Source: Octopus sinensis (lineage: Eukaryota). From it: a stretch of 64,000 nucleotides of DNA. The position numbers and the translations under genes were made by a program. Position 1 is the stretch's first letter. Every line of letters begins with the position of its first letter. The notes under the pieces are model-generated. The model ran no database searches, was not told where the DNA came from, and saw only the letters and a program-made list of their open reading frames with translations. Below, piece by piece: positions 12,677 to 22,975 of the stretch. The DNA is taken from the NCBI RefSeq assembly GCF_006345805.1, contig NC_043015.1, forward strand, positions 13,020,001 to 13,084,000, in the 5' to 3' direction.

Positions 12677-13515
12677 TATAGAGAGTCACTTTTTCTATGC
12701 AATGGCACAGAGGGTGGGTGCTTCTGGGTAATGGCACAAGGTTGTTGTTTCTGTGTAACAGAACAGAATTGCTGCTTCTGTGTAACAGCACAGAGAGTCA
12801 CTGATTTTGCATAATGGCACAGAGTCACTGATTTTGCATAATGGCATAGAGAGTCACTGATTTTGTATAATGGCACAGAGAGTCACTGGTTTTGTATAAT
12901 GGCACAGAGAGTCACTGATTTTGTATAATGACACAGAGAGTCACTGATTTTGTATAATGGCACAGAGAGTCACTGATTTTGTATAATGACACAGAGTCAC
13001 TGATTTTGTATAATGGCACAGAGAGTCACTGATTTTGTATAATGGCACAGAGAGTCACTGATTTTGTATAATGACACAGAGAGTCACTGATTTTGTATAA
13101 TGACACAGAGAGTCACTGATTTTGTATAATGACACAGAGTCACTGATTTTGTATAATGACACAGAGAGTCACTGATTTTGTATAATGGCACAGAGAGTCA
13201 CTGATTTTGTATAATGGCACAGAGAGTCACTGATTTTGTATAATGGCACAGAGAGTCACTGATTTTGTATAATGACACAGAGAGTCACTGATTTTGTATA
13301 ATGGCACAGAGAGTCACTGATTTTGTATAATGACACAGAGACTCACTGATTTTGTACAATGGCACAAAGAGTCACTGATTTTGTATAATGGCACAGAGAG
13401 TCACCGATTTTGTATAATGGCACAGAGAGTCACTGATTTTGTATAATGGCACAGAGAGTCACTGATTTTGTACAATGGCACAGAGAGTCACTGATTTTGT
13501 ACAATGGCACAAAGA
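12677..13515. repeat. 29-bp minisatellite (27-bp variants), roughly 25 well-formed units plus degenerate flanks
   Basis: Unit GAGAGTCACTGATTTTGTATAATG(G/A)CACA. Period checked at 13021, 13050 and 13079. Confidence 0.97.
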
Positions 13516-14716
13516 GTTGTTACTTCTGTTATAGGCTACCTAACATCAGTGCCAATTCGCAAATTCCTTCCCTACTATATTCAATTTGTTTTTTCGTCAC
13601 TAGGTCTTAAACTACAGATTTTCAAACTAAACATAAATTGCATCATTCTCAAGAGGTGGGAGAGATTACAAAGGTCATAGATACTGCCCCTCTTTCTCCG
13701 AATAATCAATAAAAGAAAAATATCACGGATTCTGCATAACTGTGCAGCTGTAATATGTGCCATTACAGCTTCTGCATGCTGTTGTCACCAGGTGGATAAT
13801 TACTAAGCTACAAGAAACTGCACAACAGTATTGCTGACATAAGCAACAGGTGAGTCAGATTAGCAGTAGTAGCAGCAACAGCAGCAAAGATGATGACCAG
13901 AGATATCGAATTTTCACAGAAAGAAACAATTATAACACAAAAAAAAAACAAAAACAAAGAATTGACCATATTGAATAGTTTGACGCATCTAAGGAGAATA
14001 AAATCCATAAATCTGTACTTTGATTACTACTGAAAGCTATACATCTAAAACAATAACTTTTCTCACAAATGCTTTTAACAGTATCTTTTAAACTCTTGTA
14101 ATGAATACACATTTTGCACAAAGCCATAGTTATGTGCAAAAACTGGCTTTACATTTTGTCCACAAGAAATATGAGCTTCACAAGTGGTCAGGCTTTCCAA
14201 TATGAAACATGTTTAAATGCTGCATTACTGATAAGACAACTTGTGTAATATAAAAGTAGTTTCACACATTATGCTCAATTGTTTTTGAGCATATGCACGT
14301 ACACATCCCGTAACTAAAAAAAAACTGATTGATTGCAATAGTTTAATTTAATCTGGGATGCTACTTAAAACAATGACTATCTTTAATTGTTTATCTCTTA
14401 CTTGTTTCAGTCATTTGACTGTAGCCATGCTGGAGCACCACATTGAAAGGTTTTAGTAAAACAGCTAGACCCCAGTACTTATTTTAAAGTCTGGTATTTA
14501 TTTTATTGGCACCTTTTGCTAAACTGGTAAATTACAAGGATGTAAACAAACCAACAGTTGCCAAGTTGTCATGTGTGCACACACACACACAGAGGCAGTT
14601 TAGGCTGATTTTGAAACGTTTTTGACTTTTTTTCAGGACCTGCTTGATGTACTGGTAAGCAGTTGATGGTATAGGAAAGCATAAGGAATAAAGCTGCAGT
14701 TGAGAAAAAGTTAGCT

Positions 14717-15330
14717 GATATGGAGGACTGGAAGACACCTGAATATTAGAAAAGAGCTGTCTGTATCATGAAGATTTGTGCTAAGTATCAAAATGCAAAT
14801 ATCAAATCTGCTACATAATGCTCTGTGAACATCATAAAGGCTGTAAAACATGACATGGATAGCTGCAATGGAGACTACATAGTTTTGTTTGACAGGAAGG
14901 AACACAGCAGGCATTCTGACTATGTCTGCATGCAAGAATATATCCCTAGGCTCAATTCAGATGGCCATGTGAAGCTGTTGGAGACTGTAGTCAATCTCTG
15001 GCTGAAGAGGACTCTGCTGGAAGGCCATATGTGTGGCAGCAGGATTTGGTTCCTTGGTATAGCTCTGGGAAAAGTCAGAAGTAGTTGTCAGAAAATTTCT
15101 ACAACTTTACCAGTACTGATTTCTGGCCTCCTAATTTCTCGATTGTAATCCCATGGATTTCTATGTGTGAGGTGTGGTTGAGAAAGATACCAACCACTCT
15201 GCTTGCAACATCAAGGCTGAGATGGTGACCAAGATCAAGAAGACATTCCCATAGATACAGTGAGGAACACATGCGCCATGTTCCAGAGCCATCTTGAAGT
15301 GCTGGTGGAAGCTGAGAGTGATTAATGTGA
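14717..15330 (+). mobile_element. Tc1/mariner-superfamily transposase relic, DD37D (maT) type
   Basis: PYVWQQD...DFWPPN(S)PDCNPMDFYV across one stop and a frameshift. About 37 residues separate the second and third catalytic Asp. Terminal repeats were not identified. Confidence 0.75.
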
Positions 15331-15448
15331 GTAAACTGTTATCTTCCAGCCATAATCTAGGTGATATGTTTTGATAAAAAAAAAACTTTTCTTTTTGGAT
15401 GGGGTATTGTGTTTTTTTTTTCCCAAATGGAAATTGTGGTTGTGATAC

Positions 15449-15772
15449 CCGTGCCGGTGGCATGTAAAAAGCACCATCTGAACGTAGCCGATGCCAACGC
15501 CACCTTGACTGGCTTCCATGCTGGTGGCACATCAAAAGCACCAATCAATCGTGGCTGTTGCCAGCCTCCACTGGCACCTGTACCGGTGGTACGTAAAAAG
15601 CACCCACTACACTCATGGAGTGGTTGGCATTAGGAAGGGCATCCAGCGAGAGAAACACTGCCACATCAGACTGAAGCCTGATGGAGCCTCCTGGTTTCCC
15701 AGACCCCGGTCGAACTGTCCAACCCATGCTAGCATGGAAAACAGACGTTAAACAATGATGATGATGATGATG
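15449..15772 (+). mobile_element. RTE-type 3' end element
   Basis: Near-colinear with 14-352; ends in (GAT)n. Confidence 0.8.
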
Positions 15773-16468
15773 TCAAATTTAGCCTGAACATCCTGTAACA
15801 TATATGATGGGCTTCCAGTTTCCATCTACCAAATTCATTCATAAGACGTTGGTCAACCTGGGGTTGTAGTAGAAGACACTTGCCCAAGGTGCTATGCAGT
15901 GGGACTGAATCCAAAACCATGTGGTTGCAAAGCAAGCCCTTTAACAACACAACCATACTTGGAATAGTTCTCTTGAAAATACTTCGATAGCATCTGGCAG
16001 CAATTACAGACTGATGAATTGGCTGTGGATGGTCTTGTTAAACTCACAATCAAAATATGACGACAATGCCAAGCATTAATATGAAAGAAGATGAAGATGA
16101 GGACAATACAGAAAGAAGAAGGAAAAAGAGAGAGGAAGAAGAAAAACGCAGGAAAGGGAAAGGAAGGCAGAAAGAAGAATAAAGAAAGGAGGTAGTTGTA
16201 GTAGTAGTAGTAGTTCAGAAGGAAGTTATTCATACATGAACTGATGGACTTTGAAGATATAAAGTAGACTCATATGAAATATTGTTCGGTTCATACTTTT
16301 GTACATGAGGTTTCTGGATGCAATATGCATGTGTGTGCACACACAATACTAACACACGTGCACACACACACATGTATGTACACACACAACAACAGCTATA
16401 TAGTTCTTTTGATGCAGAACATTAAGCAAGATTATATACAAAAAGGAAAGGGAAATGTGTAACTTTAC

Positions 16469-16578
16469 CTCTATAATATTACTTCCAATCATCAAGGACC
16501 TAACATAGACGCCAGGTAAGCTTTTTTCAATAAAATTTTTGATGCCACCCATTGACAAGGGATTACAACAGCTGTCAC
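16469..16578 (-). CDS. PPT1: PPT1 coding exon 2
   Basis: tttag|GTGACAGC...ATAGAG|gtaaag. 110 bp encoding (G)[36 protein letters not shown], matching human [32 protein letters not shown]. Phase continues from exon 1. Confidence 0.97.
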
Positions 16579-16769
16579 CTAAACAGAAGGGGAAAAATAA
16601 GACATTTCTCTGTGTACTTGTATACATGTAAGTTGATGTTGATGATGATGATGATGATGATGATGATCACTGTCACCACCACTATTGTTTTAACATTTAC
16701 TTTTTCATGCTTGCAGATAAATTTCTTTGAAGAAGATTTTCCATAGTCAGATGCTTCTCCTATTGCCAA

Positions 16770-17870
16770 CTCTAGCCCATAACGTTTTCCCTTAGTCTGG
16801 ACATGTTTTCATGGAAAATTGCTAAGGAACAATCTCACCTGCATGATGGTGGTATTTGTTTGCAATTAGTATATGCAATGCCAAAACAAAAGAATCACAT
16901 ACACATATGCTCATGTGTGTGTGTGTGTGCAACAAGAGGCCCTTAGTTGCCAGCAGACGTAGGAGCTCTCTGAACTTTGCCCAGGCTATTCTTACTCTAG
17001 TTGTTATACTCTCAGAGCAACCACCCCCACTACAGACCTGGTTGTCTAGGTAGCAGAAGATTTTAACTACTTCTAGTTTCTTCCCCTGGCATGTGATGGA
17101 ATCTGTTTTCTGTGCCACGCACAAAAACTATTTTCCCGGTTAGCCTTCCTTTGATATTGCTGCACTTTTTATGTGTCCATAGCTTACACCAAATACATCG
17201 TATGGAGTTTCTACCCACACCTTTTCTATGGATCAAGCAGGGCCATCTACCTGAAGAAGTTTGTGATTTGACAGCCTTCCTACTTACTAAGACTTTGGTT
17301 TTGGCTAGGTTAACCCTAAAGCCCTTCGATTCAAGACCTTGCTTCTACACCCTAAACTTTGTTTCCAGTTCTGGCAGTGACTCAGCTATTAGAGAAAGGT
17401 CATCAGCATAGAGGAGCTCCCAAGGATAGCCTGTCTTGAATTTTTCTGTTATTGCCTGGAGGACTATAATGAATGAGAGGGAGCTGAGGACTGATCCTTG
17501 GTGAATTCCAACTTCTAGTCGAAATTCTTCGCTATGCTTTCTCCAAGTCAACAAAAGCTAAGTACAAAGGTTTATCTTTAGCTAGGTATTCCTCCTGCAG
17601 CTGCCTTACCAGAAATATAGCATCAGTGGTGCTTCTGCCTGGCACAAAACCGAACTGCATCTCATCTAGGCTAACTCACTCCCTAATTAGTTGGGCTGTG
17701 ACCTTCTCTGTAACTTTCATCACCTGATCCAATAATTTGATACCCCTGTAGTTATTCCTATCTAAAGCATCACCTTTTCCCTTGTAGCAGTTGACTATGG
17801 TGCTGCTACACCAGTCATTGGGTATGACTCCTTCATGAACTACCTGATTTACGATGTGGGTAAGAAGACC
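16770..17870 (-). mobile_element. RTE-clade LINE fragment with internal deletions
   Basis: GIHQGSVLSSLSFIIV...ELLYADDL and RVRIAWAKFRELL; colinear with parts of 57400-58500. Confidence 0.88.
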
Positions 17871-19494
17871 ATAACTTACATCGCCTGATATGTTAATCTT
17901 ATTTTTATAACGAGAGGAATAAATTGTTGCTTATTCAACTTAACTAAATCTTATGGTTTACTTCTTTTCCCGTTATAATTGGTGACCACCCAAGGCTGGA
18001 ATATTTCTTTTGAAAATATTCTCTAAAAAGAATTCTTACATCATAACTATGCTACAGAAAGTATATTTTGAGCCTAAATGATATACATTTTGCAATGCTT
18101 GAACCTCGTGTGTGTATGTTTTGCTGTTTTGAATAAAATTGCTTCATGACATCAGTTAAAAGTCCCTGCCTGGATATATCATTATGTATAGCCTCAAGCT
18201 AGAACACTCAGTAATGTGGCTGACATTAGGAAGGGCTTCCAGCCATAGAAACCATGCCAGAACAAACAATGGAGCCTAGAGTGGCCCTTGGTCTTACCAG
18301 CTCCTGTCAAACTGCCCAACACATGCCAGCACGGAAAAGGAACGTTAAATGAATATCAGAATATGTATATATATTTCATTTATCTTTTACTTGTTTCAGT
18401 CATTAGACTGTGGCTATGCTGAAGAACTGCCTTAAAAGGTTTAATCAAATAAACTGGAACCGGTTTTTCTTTTTCCCAGGCCTGGTATTTATTCTATTAG
18501 TTGTTTTTACTGAACTGCTACATGACAGGGACATAAACCAACACACTTTGTCACAGTGGTGACACACACACACACACAATATATACATGTGCAAGTGCTT
18601 GTCTCTGAATGTTCTTATATTGACCTAGCTTGTGGTATCATGTGTTTATGACTCTTGTAAACAAGTTTTGTAGCTCATGACTTTGTTGGTTTCAGCATGT
18701 AAAGACAGTGGAAGTAGGAAAATAAATAAATATTAATTGGTAAAAAAAAGTAGGGGCTGGCAACAGGAAGGGCATTCAACCTTAGAATGCTATCTAAATA
18801 AGTCTTATCCAACTCATTTCAGCATGGAAAAGTCACACATAAAAATGATTATGGTGATGCACATATAAGCAGTTTAGAATATATAGAATATAATCATTAA
18901 TGCTTCCTAACAAAAAATATTTCTGAAAAAAAAAAAAAAGAAAAGAAAAGAAAAAAACCCCAGAAAAATCAATTCACCTTAACAGGTTAGAATTGTTCAA
19001 TACAGATAATAATGTAGTAAAGGGAAGTAGGCTTGTTATAATATTTATCAAACCCATTAAAGCCATTGTAGACTTAGTATTCAATGGAAACACTTATAGC
19101 AAAATTTTTATCAGTCAATTGAAAGTGTTAAGTAAGTAGAAATGTTAGTAGAGACTGAAAAGTTACATGTGAGGATTTTACAAACCACAAGGATTTTTCT
19201 ATTATGTATGTGCATCAAACATCAAACCTTGTGGTAACCTGTAGCTACTTCTCCAGTTCAGACATGAGTACCATGGGAAGTGCTTATGATAATAGTGGGA
19301 AGGCAATAGATGATGAAAGTACTATCTAGGACTTTGCAGCTATATGTAGAAGGCAGCCTTGATCAACCAGGAAAGATGTCATGATCAGAAAATGAAGTTT
19401 ACTAAAATCTGAGATGGAAGGGGGGATTGTATTTCATTTGTAAAGAACTTGTCTAAACCCCATTCTTAGTTCTGTCATCATCATCACCATCATC

Positions 19495-19975
19495 ATCATT
19501 ATTGTCATTTAATGCCTGCTTCCATGCTGGCATGGGTTGGACGGTTTGAACAGGGCTAGTAAGTTGAGGGGCTGCACCAGACTCCAGTCTGATTTGGTAT
19601 GATTTCTATGGCTGGATGTCCTTCCTAACGCCAATCACTCCGAGAGCATAATGGGGGCTTATATGTGTCACTGGCATGGGTACCTGTTGCATGACACTAG
19701 TATCTGTCACAACTATGATTTCACTTGGCTTGTTGGGTTATCTTCTCAAGCACAGCATATTGCCAAAGGTTTTGTTCATTCGTCATTTCCGCTGCGAGGC
19801 CCAGCACTCAAAAGGTGCTTTTTTATGTGCCACTGGTACAGGTGATAGTTACACAACACTGGCATTGGCCACATTGCCTCCGTGTGTCCCAACATTCAAA
19901 AGGTGCTTCTTATGTGCCACCAGCATGGGTACCAGTTACGTGACACCAACAACGGCCATATAAAGAGTGTAACAC
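19495..19975 (-). mobile_element. RTE-type 3' end element
   Basis: Reverse-complement match to the same tail, colinear with 56490-57050. Confidence 0.75.
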
Positions 19976-20980
19976 TATTCTAAAGTACTTTGATCTTTGA
20001 TTAATTAGATTTTGCCCTGAACTGAAGTTTTCTGAAGAGTAATATAAAATTTTGCTTGATTGCTTCACAGATGCACATCAAATATATTGCTGGCAGACCT
20101 GTATCCTCTGTTATGCACATTATGACTATTCTGATTTATCTGTATAGTTGTAATTATTCAGAGTTATATTAGGTCTAAGAAATCATCCAAAAGAATTGCT
20201 CATTCTTCTGATGGTTTCAAAGAAGTTTGTAACTTGCCTCTGAAAGGTCTTCCATGTTGATAAACCTTGCCCCAAGGTGTGTAAGTTCTTAGGAATCTGT
20301 GTTATCATTAAGATGGTATTCTTCTTCAAACTCTTTCTACAATCTGGCTATCTCTGGACACAAGAATATCCATCACTGAAAAGTCCTGAGGTTTTCTGTA
20401 AACCTATCATCTCAAGCCTTTTGGAATCCTGATCAAGTAGGATCACAATGAATTCACTGATGGGTTGGGAAAAAAAAATCTAGTGAGAAATTTTTCAACT
20501 TCATGGAGGACATAAAGTCCTTGCTTGAAACTCATAGGCATCAATTATGAGTAGTTTAGTTCTAGACTAGTCCTGATTGATCAGACCTATGATCGAAAGC
20601 AATGCTGATATGACCACCACCTTTTTATTTTTTCTAGGCAATTGTATTTAAGAGACTATATAATATAGATTTTAACCAATTCTTTATATATAGACGGATT
20701 TGAACATTCTAACTTTATATACAATATCTTCAAGATAGCTTGCTTCCTAACCACATGGTTCTGAGTTCAGTCCCACTGCATGACATCTTGGGCAAGTGTC
20801 TTCTACTATAGCTTTAGACTGATCAAAGCCTTGTGAGTGTATTTGGTAAACGGAAACTGAAAGAAGACTGTCGTATATATATATATATATATATGTAGGT
20901 CCCGGGTTGATTCGGGGTTAACCACAGTAAATAAGGTACTCAATACATAGCAGAGTAAAATTAATTTATTATATAGAAGG

Positions 20981-21031
20981 AGCTTCTACAGGACTAGAAC
21001 TGTTTCATTCAAGAGAAATCTTCAGGAAGCT
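20981..21031 (-). ncRNA. Type I hammerhead ribozyme motif (minus-strand mirror copy, sense to PPT1 pre-mRNA)
   Basis: Exact mirror of 21028-21078 because 20962-21097 is a perfect palindrome. Predicted cleavage lies between 20987 and 20986. Confidence 0.7.
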
Positions 21032-21078
21032 TCCTGAAGATTTCTCTTGAATGAAACAGTTCTAGTCCTGTAGAAGCT
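21028..21078 (+). ncRNA. Type I hammerhead ribozyme motif (plus-strand arm of palindrome)
   Basis: Stem I AGCTTC(21028-33)/GAAGCT(21073-78); core CTGAAGA (21034-40); stem II T-TTC-TCTT-GAA-T; GAAA (21053-56); stem III (A)CAG-TTCTAGTC-CTG(T); cleavage triplet GTA (21070-72). Stem II is weak and closes with a U-U mismatch. Confidence 0.7.
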
Positions 21079-21087
21079 CCTTCTATA

Positions 21088-21132
<45 letters not shown>

Positions 21133-22280
21133 GTATATGCATATATATTTATGTGTCTTTGTGTCTCTGTCCCCCCCCACCATCACTTGACAGCCAATGT
21201 TGGCATGTTTTCGCCCCTGTAACTTAACGGTTTGGCAAGAATGAGAGTAGAGAAGTGAAGAAACCGGAAACTTGACTAGATCTATAAACTGACCTCTACA
21301 AAAGGAACCAGGAAGTAGTATAAAACGGCAGCTGGATGAAATCTACCATCCAGTTTGCAAAGGGATAAAATCACTAGGATTAACCAAGAGTGCATTATAT
21401 ATATATATATATATATAAATCCCTTTATCCGATTTAATTAAACTTTTACTAATAGTAGTTTCTTTAAGTAGTACTTCTATGGACACTGAGGTCATTCCGC
21501 CGCTGATGAAATCCCAACGCAGAATTGAAACTAATCCGGTTAATCTCTCTTTTCCTGTCCTCAAAAATAGTGCATAAATATTCAAACACGGTGTTTACAT
21601 CTGTTTGTCTATGTATACAACGTTGGTTGAAACCCTATCGATAAATTCTGTAGTATGGTTTCACATATAACGGTAATGTCTAACAGGAAATATATATATT
21701 TGGATGAAGTCAGAGCATAGCATACTATTTTTAATTTTGCAAACTTGAACTTTTTAAAACAATTTTCGCAAACAAATGTAGTATAATAATAACAACAACA
21801 ACAACGCCACCACCACCGACAATAATAATAATACAGCTCTAGCGATAGGAATTCTAAAGAAACGAAGGAAATATTGTTCACTTATAGCAAGGAGATATTA
21901 TGGTCAATGTTCATGTGTTATTTACTGTAAATCAAATATTTGTTTTATATTATGGGGGTAGCACAACCGGAATATAAATAAGGAATTACAGCACATATTT
22001 TTAACGAATACAGTAAAATAGACAGTTAATTAAATAGATTTCACAATGAAAATAATCATACTTTATTAGAAATGACAAAGCATCTGCTTAATTTATAAAA
22101 AAGTCAATTAATTATAATGAAAACGAGAATCTTAAGTTACATTAAATGATCCAAGAAAATAATCAAAGTCTATCCTTATTCGAAAAGACAAAGCATTTGT
22201 TTACTCATAAAAAGCCAATTATTTATAATGAAAACAAGAATCGTTAGTGACATCAGATAATCTATCATAAATCAACTCAC

Positions 22281-22380
22281 CCATTCCGTGCCATAAAACA
22301 ACAGGAGGATGCTGAGCATCCGCTAAACACAAGCAAATTAATGCTATTAGCATCGCGACGAAGGAGGTGGACCTCGCCAT
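22281..22380 (-). CDS. PPT1: Palmitoyl-protein thioesterase 1, coding exon 1 (signal peptide + LWHGMG motif)
   Basis: Reverse complement reads ATG...GGA ATG G|GTGAGT = MARSTSFVAMLIALICLCLADAQHPPVVLWHGM(G). It has a hydrophobic signal peptide, the PPT1 N-terminal motif (human PLVIWHGMG) and a canonical GTGAGT donor in phase 1. Too short to appear in the ORF track. Confidence 0.96.
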
Positions 22381-22713
22381 TGTATTTACGTTTGAAACTA
22401 TATGAGGGACCGCTTATTATTTGTTTCCGTTGAATAGAGTTGACTTCGTACTTTACTTTCGATATTTCTTTACCAAGAAAGAATGAAATATGTAAACTTT
22501 AAAATCAATTTAACATTTTCGTTAGCTACAATTAAAACGAAGTCGAATAAAATATTAGCTAAAATTATTGGACTAAGTTTCTCCTCTTCCCAATTACGCG
22601 GCGCTCCCCCGACTATATAAAGCAATCTCATTCAGCAGATGTGTCGTCTGACACTGAAGTGTCTTCCCATTTGTTAAGCACGCGTTTATTACTTTTACTT
22701 AAATTCTTTTCAA
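22381..22713. promoter_or_regulatory. Bidirectional promoter / shared 5' region of PPT1 and TMEM65
   Basis: 333 bp between two divergent ATGs. It has locally high CpG (TTACGCGGCGCTCCCCCGA) and TATATAAA at 22614-22621, about 90 bp upstream of the TMEM65 ATG. Transcription starts cannot be seen. Confidence 0.75.
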
Positions 22714-22975
22714 ATGGCAGTTATAAGACCGATTTTAAGTAGAGTTCATACGATAGTAAATCCCTCTACTTCGCTAGTTCTGAGACATTATAATAAATCA
22801 AGTTCAGTACTTGGAAGGTTTGGTAAGGCTCGGCCGCCGGTTGCTCAAAAGCACTTGTTTCTTAAGGACGAAAATGCAAGAGACTTCATATACACACTAA
22901 AGCCGAACGAACGGAAAATCTTGTTAACGGAGCTTACTAAATTCGAAGAGGAAAGATTAAAAACATTAGATATCG
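22714..22975 (+). CDS. TMEM65: Transmembrane protein 65 (mitochondrial), coding exon 1
   Basis: ATG at 22714; donor GATATCG|gtaag at 22975/22976. The peptide contains ARDFIYTLKPNERKILLTELTKFE, matching human ARDFIYSLHSTERSCLLKELHRFE as recalled. The first 51 residues are Arg/Ser-rich with no acidic residue, as expected for a mitochondrial presequence. Confidence 0.9.

Larger units (their letters stand above)
20895..21097 (-). mobile_element. Probable Penelope-like element terminal-repeat fragment with inverted end, inserted in a (TA)n tract
   Basis: A 203-bp unique segment flanked by (TA)n on both sides, containing a hammerhead motif and a perfect inversion. Minimal hammerheads in pseudo-LTRs and inverted terminal copies are established Penelope-like traits. 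No RT or GIY-YIG coding sequence is present, so the family call is inferred. Confidence 0.55.
20735..21240 (+). mobile_element. SINE family A copy split by the palindromic hammerhead insert
   Basis: The SINE head runs to gaaagaagactgtcg(TA)n at about 20875, and the second half resumes after 21150 (gtgtctctgtccccccccaccatcacttgacagcc). Confidence 0.8.

Noticed and set aside
12677-13515. CRISPR-like appearance of the 29-bp array
   Set aside because: Units are contiguous with no unique spacers, there are no cas genes and the context is a eukaryotic intron.
21497-21546. Second hammerhead-like CTGATGA...GAAA motif
   Set aside because: No stem I can form (CCGCCG has no partner after any candidate cleavage triplet) and stem III is mismatched.
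21636-21643. DRE-like TATCGATA motif
   Set aside because: A single 8-mer about 750 bp inside PPT1 intron 1, expected by chance in AT-rich CpG-retaining DNA.
21609-21881. ORF with poly-Y/W/C runs as an alternative PPT1 exon
   Set aside because: The runs derive from trinucleotide repeats; there is no PPT1 similarity and the true exon 1 is at 22281-22380.
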